A program made the translations under genes and the position numbers. This document shows positions 1-7,040 of a stretch of 32,000 nucleotides of DNA, in pieces (the first letter of the stretch is position 1; each line of letters opens with the position of its first letter). The stretch is taken from assembly GCF_020969955.1 (NCBI RefSeq), contig NZ_JAHDSX010000026.1, forward strand, positions 1 to 32,000, in the 5' to 3' direction. This DNA comes from Allobaculum fili. Its GTDB lineage: Bacteria; Bacillota_I; Bacilli_A; Erysipelotrichales; Erysipelotrichaceae. The notes under the pieces are model-generated. The model did not search any database. It was not told the DNA's origin and worked only from the letters and a program-made list of their open reading frames with translations.

Positions 1-36
1 CCGGATCCGAAGTATGAAGAAAACGATGAAGAATAA
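1..36 (+). CDS. 3' end of an unidentified upstream CDS (truncated by window edge)
   Basis: Frame 1 is open from base 1 (PDPKYEENDEE) to TAA 34-36 and is followed by a hairpin at 50-71. Eleven residues are too few to identify the product. Confidence 0.3.
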   Translation, partial: PDPKYEENDEE

Positions 37-49
37 AAAATACGCCAAG

Positions 50-75
50 CGGGATCTCGAAAGGGATCCCGTTTA
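50..75 (+). terminator. putative intrinsic terminator of the upstream gene
   Basis: CGGGATC (50-56) pairs with GATCCCG (65-71) as a 7-bp stem with an 8-nt loop. The following T run is short (TTT), so this is weak. Confidence 0.4.
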
Positions 76-281
76 GCGTATCTAATATTCAGTCTCGCGT
101 ATACCCGTCGATTGTTTGACACTTACGTTTTTCCTGCAAAATCTCTGAAAATCCCGTAACCGTATACAGCTGCGCTCAGCACAGAAAAGGTTTTACATAA
201 CAGAGAATTGCGATAAAATAACCGATATTGGATTTCTCGGGAGGCAGCCGCCCTTTTCTTATGGGAAAATGAGGCGCATGC

Positions 282-310
282 TTGACACAAAAGGTCGGTT
301 TTGATAAACT
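282..310 (+). promoter_or_regulatory. candidate sigma-A-type promoter of the infC-rpmI-rplT operon
   Basis: TTGACA (282-287), a 17-nt spacer, then TAAACT (305-310), about 140 nt upstream of infC. Confidence 0.35.
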
Positions 311-449
311 TGCCAAGTAAGAAATGGAAAGAAGAAGCCCCTTCTCACCTGATGCATACGGATGCATGGGTTAATGCCAGTTCGGAATCGATCAGAATTC
401 GAAACCAGCAGGATTAGGGTGCGCTCTGCGCCCATTTTTTTATGGATTC
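311..449 (+). promoter_or_regulatory. structured infC leader (L20-leader-like attenuator region)
   Basis: Several local hairpins (ATGCAT..ATGCAT, TTCG..CGAA) end in a stem plus T7 run just before infC. Position and architecture match the L20-responsive leader known from Bacillus; no covariance model was run. Confidence 0.4.
417..441 (+). terminator. intrinsic terminator / attenuator immediately upstream of infC
   Basis: GGGTGCG (417-423) pairs with TGCGCCC (427-433), including G-U wobbles, followed by A and TTTTTTT (435-441). It lies 9 nt before ATG450. Confidence 0.6.
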
Positions 450-1049
450 ATGAAAGGAAGGTATTCAATTATCAATAATCGAAAAGTAGCCCCGAACAAC
501 GTAAATGACGATCTGTTCAATGAAAAGATTCCTTTCCGGGAAGTGCTTGTCATCGACGCGAAAGGAAATCAGCTGGGAGTCAAATCCAAGCGCGAAGCGC
601 TGGAACTCGCATATCGACAGAATCTCGATCTGCTCTGCGTAGCTCCCAAAGCTCGTCCAGCCGTCTGCAAAATTCTCGACTATGGCAAATACCATTTCGA
701 GCAGCAGAAAAAAGAAAAGGAAGCCAAACGGAAACAGCACGTGGTGGAACTCAAATCCCTCCGTCTGTCGCCTGTCGTGGATACGCACGATTTTGAAACG
801 AAACTCCGCCAGGCTCGTAAATGGATCGAGCAGGGGATGAAAGTCAAAATTGATATGAGATTCCGCGGACGTATGATGACCCGACAGGATGTCGGACGTC
901 AGATTATGAACGACTTTCTCGATAAAGTGAAGGATATCGCCCTTGTAGAGAAAAAGCCTTCCCTGGAAGGAAACACTATGTCTCTCGTGCTGGCTCCTCA
1001 GAAGAAGAAGCCGGCAGCGCAAGCCAGCGAGCCGAAAGAGAAACCATAA
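450..1049 (+). CDS. infC: translation initiation factor IF-3
   Basis: The translation carries IF-3 hallmarks (NEKIPFREVLVIDAKGNQLGV, KILDYGKYHFEQQKKEKEAKRKQ, LRLSPVVDTHDFETK) and the gene precedes rpmI-rplT. ATG450 has no SD, while AAAGGAAGG (453-461) lies 6 nt before in-frame ATT468, so the real start may be ATT468. Confidence 0.93.
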   Translation: MKGRYSIINNRKVAPNNVNDDLFNEKIPFREVLVIDAKGNQLGVKSKREALELAYRQNLDLLCVAPKARPAVCKILDYGKYHFEQQKKEKEAKRKQHVVELKSLRLSPVVDTHDFETKLRQARKWIEQGMKVKIDMRFRGRMMTRQDVGRQIMNDFLDKVKDIALVEKKPSLEGNTMSLVLAPQKKKPAAQASEPKEKP

Positions 1050-1064
1050 AAGGAGGAGAAAATC

Positions 1065-1259
1065 ATGCCAAAAATGAAAAGCCACAGAGGTCTGGCCAAA
1101 CGTGTGAAAAAGACCGGATCGGGAAAACTGAAAAGACATCACGCTTATACTTCTCACCGTTTCCACGGCAAGACAAAAGATCAGAGACGTCATCTGGCCA
1201 AAGCCGGAATGGTTGACGCAACTGACTACAAGCGTATCAAAGACATGCTTGTGAAGTAA
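1065..1259 (+). CDS. rpmI: 50S ribosomal protein L35
   Basis: [31 protein letters not shown] is a typical L35 sequence. An AGGAGGAG SD lies upstream, and the infC-rpmI-rplT order is conserved. Confidence 0.96.
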   Translation: MPKMKSHRGLAKRVKKTGSGKLKRHHAYTSHRFHGKTKDQRRHLAKAGMVDATDYKRIKDMLVK

Positions 1260-1286
1260 TTGAGGATAACAGGAGGAGAATAGAAT

Positions 1287-1643
1287 ATGCCAAGAGTAAA
1301 AGGCGGAATTGTTTCCCGCAGAAGAAGAAAAAAAGTCCTTAAGCTTGCGAAAGGTTATTTTGGTAGCAAACACACTCTGTACAAAACCGCGAATGAGCAG
1401 GTAATGCACAGCTTCAAATACGCTTACAACGACCGTCGTAAACTGAAAGGCAACATGCGTAAGATCTGGATCGCTCGTATCAATGCGGCTGCACGTATGA
1501 ACGATATTTCCTACTCCAGACTGATGCACGGCCTGAGACTGGCTAACATCGACATCAACCGCAAAATGCTGTCGGAAATGGCCATCCATGATGCAGAAGG
1601 CTTCGCTAAAGTAGTAGAAGAAGCTAAAGCTGCTCTCGCTTAA
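1287..1643 (+). CDS. rplT: 50S ribosomal protein L20
   Basis: [29 protein letters not shown]...[10 protein letters not shown] is a typical L20 sequence, with a CAGGAGGAG SD upstream. Confidence 0.96.
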   Translation: MPRVKGGIVSRRRRKKVLKLAKGYFGSKHTLYKTANEQVMHSFKYAYNDRRKLKGNMRKIWIARINAAARMNDISYSRLMHGLRLANIDINRKMLSEMAIHDAEGFAKVVEEAKAALA

Positions 1644-1667
1644 TCGCAGAACGAAATCTCAAATTCA

Positions 1668-1706
1668 AGACGTCAAAGGAAATCATTCCTGAGACGTCTT
1701 TTTTGT
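1668..1706 (+). terminator. intrinsic terminator of the infC-rpmI-rplT operon
   Basis: AGACGTC (1668-1674) pairs with GACGTCT (1693-1699), with an inner AGGAA/TTCCT helix, followed by a T run to 1706. Confidence 0.8.
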
Positions 1707-1868
1707 TTGGAATGGTGAAAGCAGTGTAGGAGGAAAACCAGTTACGCGATGCTGGATGCGCTCCTATATAGGGTTCTTTCTCTGTATGGAATATTTCTCT
1801 TGCTCTGAGAGGAGTTCAAAGATAAGAGGGAGGAAACAGCCTTATCTGGACCAGGAAGGGCAGCTATA

Positions 1869-2426
1869 CTACGTAAGCAGGGTGAGCTGCTCTGGTCGCA
1901 CATCCAGAAGATTGACGGAATGGATCGGTTTAGCAAGTTCCTGAATTTCCTCTTCCAGAGATTGGAGATCCTCTGGCTTTCGCGTGGATATAGACAGCTC
2001 GTATGGCCAGTCGGCGGCAGGGAGGGGATCCAGGATGCATAAATTTCCGGAGCCGACACATGCGATGAAAGGATTTGAACCGGGCCTGGAATAAAAGCAA
2101 TAGACGTTTCCAAGGTAGTCAACGGAATGAACCAGGCGAATCTCTCCAATTCCTCGCGCTTTCCATTTGACCGCCAGACGCAAAGCTTCTTCCAGAACGG
2201 CTTTCGGGGCTCCATTGTTCCAATAGGTGCGAAGAATCAGTATCACGTTTTCGATCTGGTTCTGATCTATGATGTGATCCAGCTCACGCAGACTCTCTAC
2301 GGAAGCAGCATCGACCGCGATCGCCAGACCTCTGGATTTTGTTACTTCTTCGTCAAATTGCTCCCGGAATGTTTTCTTTGGCTTTTTTGCGGGCATGGTT
2401 GGAGTGTTTGTATATTGCAAAGCCAT
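1869..2426 (-). CDS. hypothetical protein, 185 aa (possible degenerate PLD/HKD-like fold)
   Basis: The ORF has a good SD (GAAAGGAG, 7-nt spacer). It is monocistronic, lying between the rplT and tpx terminators. I recognise no family with confidence; the segment NVYCFYSRPGSNPFIACVGSGNL is reminiscent of the HKD ...GSxN signature. Confidence 0.6.
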   Translation of the reverse strand: MALQYTNTPTMPAKKPKKTFREQFDEEVTKSRGLAIAVDAASVESLRELDHIIDQNQIENVILILRTYWNNGAPKAVLEEALRLAVKWKARGIGEIRLVHSVDYLGNVYCFYSRPGSNPFIACVGSGNLCILDPLPAADWPYELSISTRKPEDLQSLEEEIQELAKPIHSVNLLDVRPEQLTLLT

Positions 2427-2654
2427 AGCGATACTCCTTTCTATCGTTCAGTCCGAAATTTCTCTATGCTGCTGGGCAGATGGATTGTGTACGCGAATCG
2501 GACTGCTTATATTTTTCTCCAGCTGCTGATCCGTAAGACATATCCGTTACAGGGTTATGCAGCAGAACATATCTTCAGTTTTGGCTGCAATACGAAAAAA
2601 ATCAACTCCCTCCCTGGATTCCGCGAAAAACAGCTGCATCCAGAGAGACCAAAT

Positions 2655-2682
2655 AAAAAAGCGGAATGAGATCCGCTTTTTG
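2655..2682 (-). terminator. bidirectional intrinsic terminator downstream of tpx
   Basis: An A run, then GCGGA (2661-2665) pairing with TCCGC (2672-2676), then TTTTT. It reads as a terminator on both strands. Confidence 0.7.
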
Positions 2683-2725
2683 TACGCCAGTAAGGCATTA
2701 GAAATTGCTGAGAAGGGAAGCGCGC

Positions 2726-3214
2726 TTACTGCAGGCCAGCAGCTTCGAGCAGAGCCACATAATCCGGTTCGTTTGCGACTTCGGAGACGTATTCGTCATA
2801 GATGATCTTTCCGTTTTCGTCGACTACGAATGCTGCGCGGCAGAGCAGACCGTTCTCTTTCATCTTCGTGCCGGTCTTGGCACTGAAGTCTTCAAGATGG
2901 AAGTTCGAGAGCGTTTCGATCCGATCGTTTTCATGATCGCGGTTCCATCTGGCGAGCGCGAAGGGAAGATCCTGAGAGACGGAGATCACGCGGACCTCAG
3001 GTTTTCCATTCATGAAGTGAAGGAACTTGCCCAGCTCGAGCGAGCAGACGGGTGTATCGATGGATGGTACCGCAAGCACGATGGTCTTGCCAGACTTGCT
3101 CATGGGTTCAACTTCGTTGAAGTCGGCATCGAGCGCTTTGAATGACGGGAAGGTATCGCCGGTTTTGATCGGCGTGCCCTCGAGTGTAACCGGTTTAGAG
3201 CCAAAGGTAATCAT
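2726..3214 (-). CDS. tpx: thiol peroxidase (atypical 2-Cys peroxiredoxin, Tpx)
   Basis: VLAVPSIDTPVCSLE peroxidatic-Cys motif, with the resolving Cys in NGLLCRAAFVVD. It is 162 aa and has a CAGGAGGA SD. Confidence 0.93.
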   Translation of the reverse strand: MITFGSKPVTLEGTPIKTGDTFPSFKALDADFNEVEPMSKSGKTIVLAVPSIDTPVCSLELGKFLHFMNGKPEVRVISVSQDLPFALARWNRDHENDRIETLSNFHLEDFSAKTGTKMKENGLLCRAAFVVDENGKIIYDEYVSEVANEPDYVALLEAAGLQ

Positions 3215-3234
3215 AGATCCTCCTGTATTTAAAA

Positions 3235-3249
3235 ATATAACTATTATAT
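3235..3249. promoter_or_regulatory. Fur-family (PerR-like) 7-1-7 box overlapping the putative tpx -10 element
   Basis: ATATAAC-T-ATTATAT matches the Bacillus PerR box TTATAAT-N-ATTATAA at 12 of 15 positions by my count. It lies 21 nt upstream of the tpx ATG, and the minus-strand TATAAT (3243-3248) sits inside it. Confidence 0.35.
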
Positions 3250-3535
3250 TTTCCCAGAAAATTGTATGAAAATCAGAAGATTGCCCTAATAAGTTGTGAT
3301 TTCATAGAATTTTGTGTGGAATACAATCTTTAATGATTTAAATAATAAGCGTAAAATTAAGATTACAGCAAGCTGAATGTATAGTCACACGTATGAAAAG
3401 GTAAGCTCTTATTTTTGGGCAAATCATTTCATCTCTGCACTATAGTTCAGTATACTGTGGTTTTTAACGGCTCAGAAGAAGACCCTCCTCGCTCTTCTTG
3501 GCAAAAAAAGATAAAGGAATAAGGAAGTAACCGCT

Positions 3536-3868
3536 ATGAACAAGATTCTCTCCAAAAAGGAATTCGAAATTATGATGACCATGTGGCAGCTGGATAAACC
3601 AGCTTCGTTCAGCGATATTCTTGAGGCGAACCCGAACCTGAACCGGAATACACTGCTCGCCGCCATCCGGCGTCTGATCAGTGAAGGAATTCTGCGCGTA
3701 GATGGTTTTGATTACCACAAGAATTCCCTGACACGCCTCTTCGTCCCCGTAGTATCGATGTACGACTATTTCGCACAGTTCATGAGTCCGACCCAGAAGG
3801 AAGGCATGATCGGCTATCTCAAGGAATCGCTCGAACCTGGTCAGGTTTCCGCGAAAGCGCAGAGATAA
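3536..3868 (+). CDS. BlaI/MecI/CopY-family winged-helix transcriptional repressor (orphan, no Cys)
   Basis: LSKKEFEIMMTMWQLDKPASFSDILEANPNLNRNTLLAAIRRLISEGIL fits the penicillinase-repressor N-terminal domain. It is 110 aa with an AAGGAAG SD. No BlaR1/MecR1-like gene is adjacent. Confidence 0.75.
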   Translation: MNKILSKKEFEIMMTMWQLDKPASFSDILEANPNLNRNTLLAAIRRLISEGILRVDGFDYHKNSLTRLFVPVVSMYDYFAQFMSPTQKEGMIGYLKESLEPGQVSAKAQR

Positions 3869-3941
3869 GGGCAGCCGCGAAATTCGTCCACATAAATTTC
3901 GGCCCAACCCCACACACTCAGAACCACGTGAATACACACAA

Positions 3942-4016
3942 AAACACCGGAACAATCCTGAAGGATCTGGCGCAGGCCAGATTCTAGGAGGGGATGCTCC
4001 GGTGTTTCCTTTTTTA
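3942..4016. terminator. composite bidirectional terminator between the BlaI-like gene and purB
   Basis: AAACACCGGA (3942-3951) pairs with TCCGGTGTTT (3998-4007), enclosing an inner ATCTGGC/GCCAGAT hairpin. An A run precedes it and CCTTTTTT follows. Confidence 0.6.
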
Positions 4017-4085
4017 TACGTTAGTGTTTTTTGTGCCAGGTGATTTTAAGTCTGAGATTTCGCGCAGATCCGAACGATCCTTCGA

Positions 4086-5522
4086 TCAGACATTGATCTC
4101 GGCATCGAGCTGTTCGGCTTCCGGATGCTTAGCGAGAATTGGATCGACGACGTTCTTGAAGAACTCTTCGGTCTGTTCCGGCGCACGTCCAACGTAGAGG
4201 GAAGGATTCATGCGGGCTTCGAGTTCGTCCATCGTCAGCGGGAAACGATCGTCTGCCGCAATGCGTTCGAGCAGATCGTTTTCACGGCCGAATTCCTTAA
4301 CCTGACGAGCGGCTTCCATGGAATGAACACGGATAGCTTCGTGCAGTTCCTGACGGTCGCCTCCGGCTTTTACCGCATCCATCATGATGTTCTCGGTCGC
4401 CATGAACGGCAGCTCGCGGCGCAAGTCAGCTTCAACGACTTTCGGATAAACGACCAGACCGTCGGTGATGTTCAGGTAGAGGTCGAGAATGCCATCGGTG
4501 GCCAGGAACGCTTCGGCTACGGCGATGCGCTTGTTGGCGGAATCGTCGAGCGTACGTTCGAACCACTGTGTAGAAGCAGTAATAGCTGGGTTCATCGTAT
4601 CCGCAAGAACGTAGTTGGCCAGGGCAGCCATGCGCTCGCTGCGCATCGGGTTGCGTTTGTAGGCCATGGCGGAAGAACCGATCTGACCTTTTTCAAAAGG
4701 CTCTTCCATTTCTTTCTTATGCTGGAGAAGACGCAGGTCATTGGAGAACTTGTGCGCGGACTGCGCTACGCCAGAGAGCGCCTGCAGCACGCGGGTATCG
4801 TATTTTCTCGGATAGGTTTGACCGCTTACCGCAAACCAGTCATCGTAGCCCATCTTCTTGCAGATCAGCTCATCGATGCGGGCGGCTTTTTTGGAATCGC
4901 CGTCAAACAGTTCCAGGAAGGAAGCCTGTGTACCGGTCGTTCCTTTCTGACCGAGCAGTTTCTTATGTTCGAGCAGCCAGGTGATCTCTTCGTAGTCCAT
5001 GACGAGATCCTGGGCCCATAAGGAAGCGCGCTTGCCGATGGTCGTCGGCTGTGCGGGCTGGAAATGCGTAAAGGCAAGCGCCGGCATGTCCTTGTATTCC
5101 AGGGCGAATTTTTTAAGACGGGCAAGAACCGCCGCAATTTTGGCCTGAATGAGTTCGAGGCCTTCATGCATGACGATCAGATCCGTGTTGTCGCCGACGT
5201 AGCAGCTGGTAGCGCCCAGGTGAATGATTCCCTTGGCTTCCGGAGCCTGCAGACCGTAGGCGTAGACGTGAGACATGACGTCGTGGCGAACGATTTTCTC
5301 ACGGGCCTTGGCATCTTCGTAGTTGATGTCCTTAGCGTGTTCTTTAAGCTGAGCGATCTGCTCATCGGTAATATCGAGACCGAGTTCCTGTTCGGCTTCG
5401 GCAAGAGCGATCCAGAGCTTTCTCCACGTCTGGAATTTCTTTTCTTCGGAAAAGAGATATTTCATTTCCGGCGATGCGTAGCGCTGGGAAAGCGGGGACT
5501 GGTATTCTGTATGGCTGCTCAT
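4086..5522 (-). CDS. purB: adenylosuccinate lyase (long form)
   Basis: 478 aa with the fumarate-lyase signature GSSAMAYKRNPMRSE and an N-terminus SPLSQRYASPEM typical of PurB. Confidence 0.95.
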   Translation of the reverse strand: MSSHTEYQSPLSQRYASPEMKYLFSEEKKFQTWRKLWIALAEAEQELGLDITDEQIAQLKEHAKDINYEDAKAREKIVRHDVMSHVYAYGLQAPEAKGIIHLGATSCYVGDNTDLIVMHEGLELIQAKIAAVLARLKKFALEYKDMPALAFTHFQPAQPTTIGKRASLWAQDLVMDYEEITWLLEHKKLLGQKGTTGTQASFLELFDGDSKKAARIDELICKKMGYDDWFAVSGQTYPRKYDTRVLQALSGVAQSAHKFSNDLRLLQHKKEMEEPFEKGQIGSSAMAYKRNPMRSERMAALANYVLADTMNPAITASTQWFERTLDDSANKRIAVAEAFLATDGILDLYLNITDGLVVYPKVVEADLRRELPFMATENIMMDAVKAGGDRQELHEAIRVHSMEAARQVKEFGRENDLLERIAADDRFPLTMDELEARMNPSLYVGRAPEQTEEFFKNVVDPILAKHPEAEQLDAEINV

Positions 5523-6235
5523 TCGGCGTCAAACCCCATGCGTTTGAAGACTTCCTGATAAGCGCCTTCCGGATTGCCAAGGTCGCGGCGGAACGTATCC
5601 TTATCGAGATGTGCGCCGGTCTTCATATCCCAGTAGCGGCATGTATCCGGAGAGATTTCGTCGGCCAGAACGATCTGTCCGTCTTTTGTTTTACCGAATT
5701 CAAGTTTGAAGTCGATGAGTTCGATGCCGATGGAGGCAAAGAATTCTTTCAGCACTTCGTTGACCTGGAATGCGTACTTGGTGATGGTTTCGATTTCTTC
5801 CTCTGTTGCAGCTCCGATGGCGCGGGCCATGTAGGAGTTGATCAGCGGATCGCCCAGATCGTCGTCCTTGTAGCTGAATTCAAGGGTGGAACATTTCAGT
5901 TCGCTGCCTTCCGGGATGCCCAGACGCTTGGAGAACGAGCCGGCAGCTTTGTTGCGGATAATGACTTCGAGAGGGATGATATCCACTTTCTTTACAACCG
6001 TTTTGCGGTCGTCGATTTCTTCGACAAGATGAGTGGGAACGCCTTTGGTTTCCAGAATCTTCATCAGGTAGTTCGTCATGCGGTTGTTGATGGCGCCTTT
6101 GCCTTTGATCGTTCCTTTTTTCAGACCGTTGAACGCGGTCGCATCGTCCTTATAGTCGACGATGACCAGATCGGGATCCTCACAGGCATACACTTTTTTT
6201 GCTTTGCCCTCATAGAGCATTTCTTTTTCTTCCAT
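5519..6235 (-). CDS. purC: phosphoribosylaminoimidazole-succinocarboxamide (SAICAR) synthase
   Basis: LYEGKAKKVY...DDATAFNG...IPLEVIIRN...LADEISPDTCRYWD is a typical PurC sequence. It has a 4-nt ATGA overlap with purB and a GGAGGAA SD. Confidence 0.95.
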   Translation of the reverse strand: MEEKEMLYEGKAKKVYACEDPDLVIVDYKDDATAFNGLKKGTIKGKGAINNRMTNYLMKILETKGVPTHLVEEIDDRKTVVKKVDIIPLEVIIRNKAAGSFSKRLGIPEGSELKCSTLEFSYKDDDLGDPLINSYMARAIGAATEEEIETITKYAFQVNEVLKEFFASIGIELIDFKLEFGKTKDGQIVLADEISPDTCRYWDMKTGAHLDKDTFRRDLGNPEGAYQEVFKRMGFDAE

Positions 6236-6259
6236 AGTTCCTCCTTAACAAACGCCTAC

Positions 6260-6287
6260 ATTATAGCCGGCCCCCATCTTCTTTCAA
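6260..6287 (-). promoter_or_regulatory. candidate purC-purB promoter
   Basis: On the minus strand, TTGAAA (6287-6282), a 16-nt spacer, then TATAAT (6265-6260), about 25 nt upstream of the purC ATG. Confidence 0.45.
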
Positions 6288-6387
6288 CCAAACCCTGTTT
6301 GGATTGGCCGGACCGTTTCCATTTTTCATTCATTTCCCATTACCCGCAAAGGAATGAAACGATTTCATGAAAGTTGTATGGAAAAAT

Positions 6388-6420
6388 TTCAGTACGAAAT
6401 TCAGTACGAAATTCAGTAAA
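6388..6420. repeat. tandem 12-nt repeat TTCAGTACGAAA, 2.75 copies
   Basis: Copies at 6388-6399 and 6400-6411 plus a partial copy at 6412-6420. Each has a CGAA core loosely like Firmicute PurBox cores. The array lies about 100-130 nt upstream of the purC -35. Confidence 0.7.
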
Positions 6421-6570
6421 AGACCGATGTGCCTTTCCTCTCTCTGCTATCCGGTTTTGCGCATTTGGAATCTGGCTTTGAAATATTGGTAAAGGAGGGA
6501 ACAGGCGGCAAAACCGGTAAACCGCATCCATATGTGTTTTATGTCTATTCGATATTCTTTCCAGATTTTC

Positions 6571-6605
6571 GGATCTTCCCGATCACTTTCTGGATTTTCC
6601 CGATC
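6571..6605. repeat. phased direct repeat GGAT(C/T)TTCCCGATC, 2 copies
   Basis: 14-mers at 6571-6584 and 6592-6605 differ at 1 position and start 21 nt apart (two helical turns). Confidence 0.6.
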
Positions 6606-6846
6606 TCTTCTGTGCCTTCTCTATATTCTGAACGGTATTTCTGAGCTGGTCTTTAAAACCTTTTGCAGGATGTCTGGTATACGGCCTGTTCCAGGAATGG
6701 CGTACGGCCGATTCAGCCGGTTCACAAAAAAATCGCCCGTCTGGGCCAATGGAAGTGCTGCGGCTTCTGTCGAATCTTTTCTGAGGGTGTCGATAAAGCG
6801 GAGGTGTCCGGGAAGAAAACCGGTGTGGAAAGAAAAACGCACGGCT

Positions 6847-6862
6847 ATGAAAATATTTTCAT
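6847..6862. repeat. perfect 16-bp palindrome ATGAAAATATTTTCAT
   Basis: Self-complementary over all 16 nt. It looks like an operator but lacks the central CG of a cre site. Confidence 0.6.
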
Positions 6863-6959
6863 AAAAAACGTAAGCGGTATATTTTTGGATCAAATGTAGG
6901 GATTTCAGTTTTTTTGCCCGAATTCTCCCTGTTTTGCCGGCTGGCCCAATCAGATGCCG

Positions 6960-6988
6960 TTGAAAAGAATTTTCCTTTTGCATACCAT
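6960..6988 (+). promoter_or_regulatory. candidate purE-operon promoter
   Basis: TTGAAA (6960-6965), a 17-nt spacer, then TACCAT (6983-6988). It overlaps the 5' arm of the 10-bp inverted repeat, so this promoter and an RNA stem using that arm cannot both be true. Confidence 0.3.
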
Positions 6989-7040
6989 AACCTCGCAAGG
7001 GGGTCACCCCATGCGGCTTTTGGAGGATTAAGGTTATGGT
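6984..7040 (+). promoter_or_regulatory. purE leader element: 10-bp long-range stem enclosing a GC hairpin and an exposed SD
   Basis: ACCATAACCT (6984-6993) is the exact reverse complement of AGGTTATGGT (7031-7040). Inside are a CGCA-A-GGGG/GUCA/CCCC-A-TGCG hairpin (6994-7015) and a single-stranded GCTTTTGGAGGATTA. Confidence 0.4.

Noticed and set aside
176-367. 63-aa minus-strand ORF in the infC upstream region
   Set aside because: It lies across the predicted infC promoter and leader, has no SD, and the sequence is not protein-like. The region is better explained as a regulatory leader.
465-1589. 374-aa minus-strand ORF spanning infC, rpmI and rplT
   Set aside because: It is entirely antisense to three highly conserved genes. 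The translation is low-complexity (Phe/Leu/His-rich), with no SD and no recognisable family. This is a typical stop-poor shadow frame.
1749-1808. 19-codon hydrophobic ORF (MLDALLYRVLSLYGIFLLL) after the rplT terminator, a possible type I toxin
   Set aside because: The AGGAGG upstream is 15 nt from the ATG, which is too far. No antisense RNA features are visible, and the region is more simply the 3' UTR of the minus-strand 185-aa gene.
6388-6420. Possibility that the 12-mer tandem repeat is a CRISPR or minisatellite array
   Set aside because: The units directly abut with no spacers, there are only 2.75 copies of 12 nt, and no cas genes are present. It is kept as a simple tandem repeat / possible operator instead.
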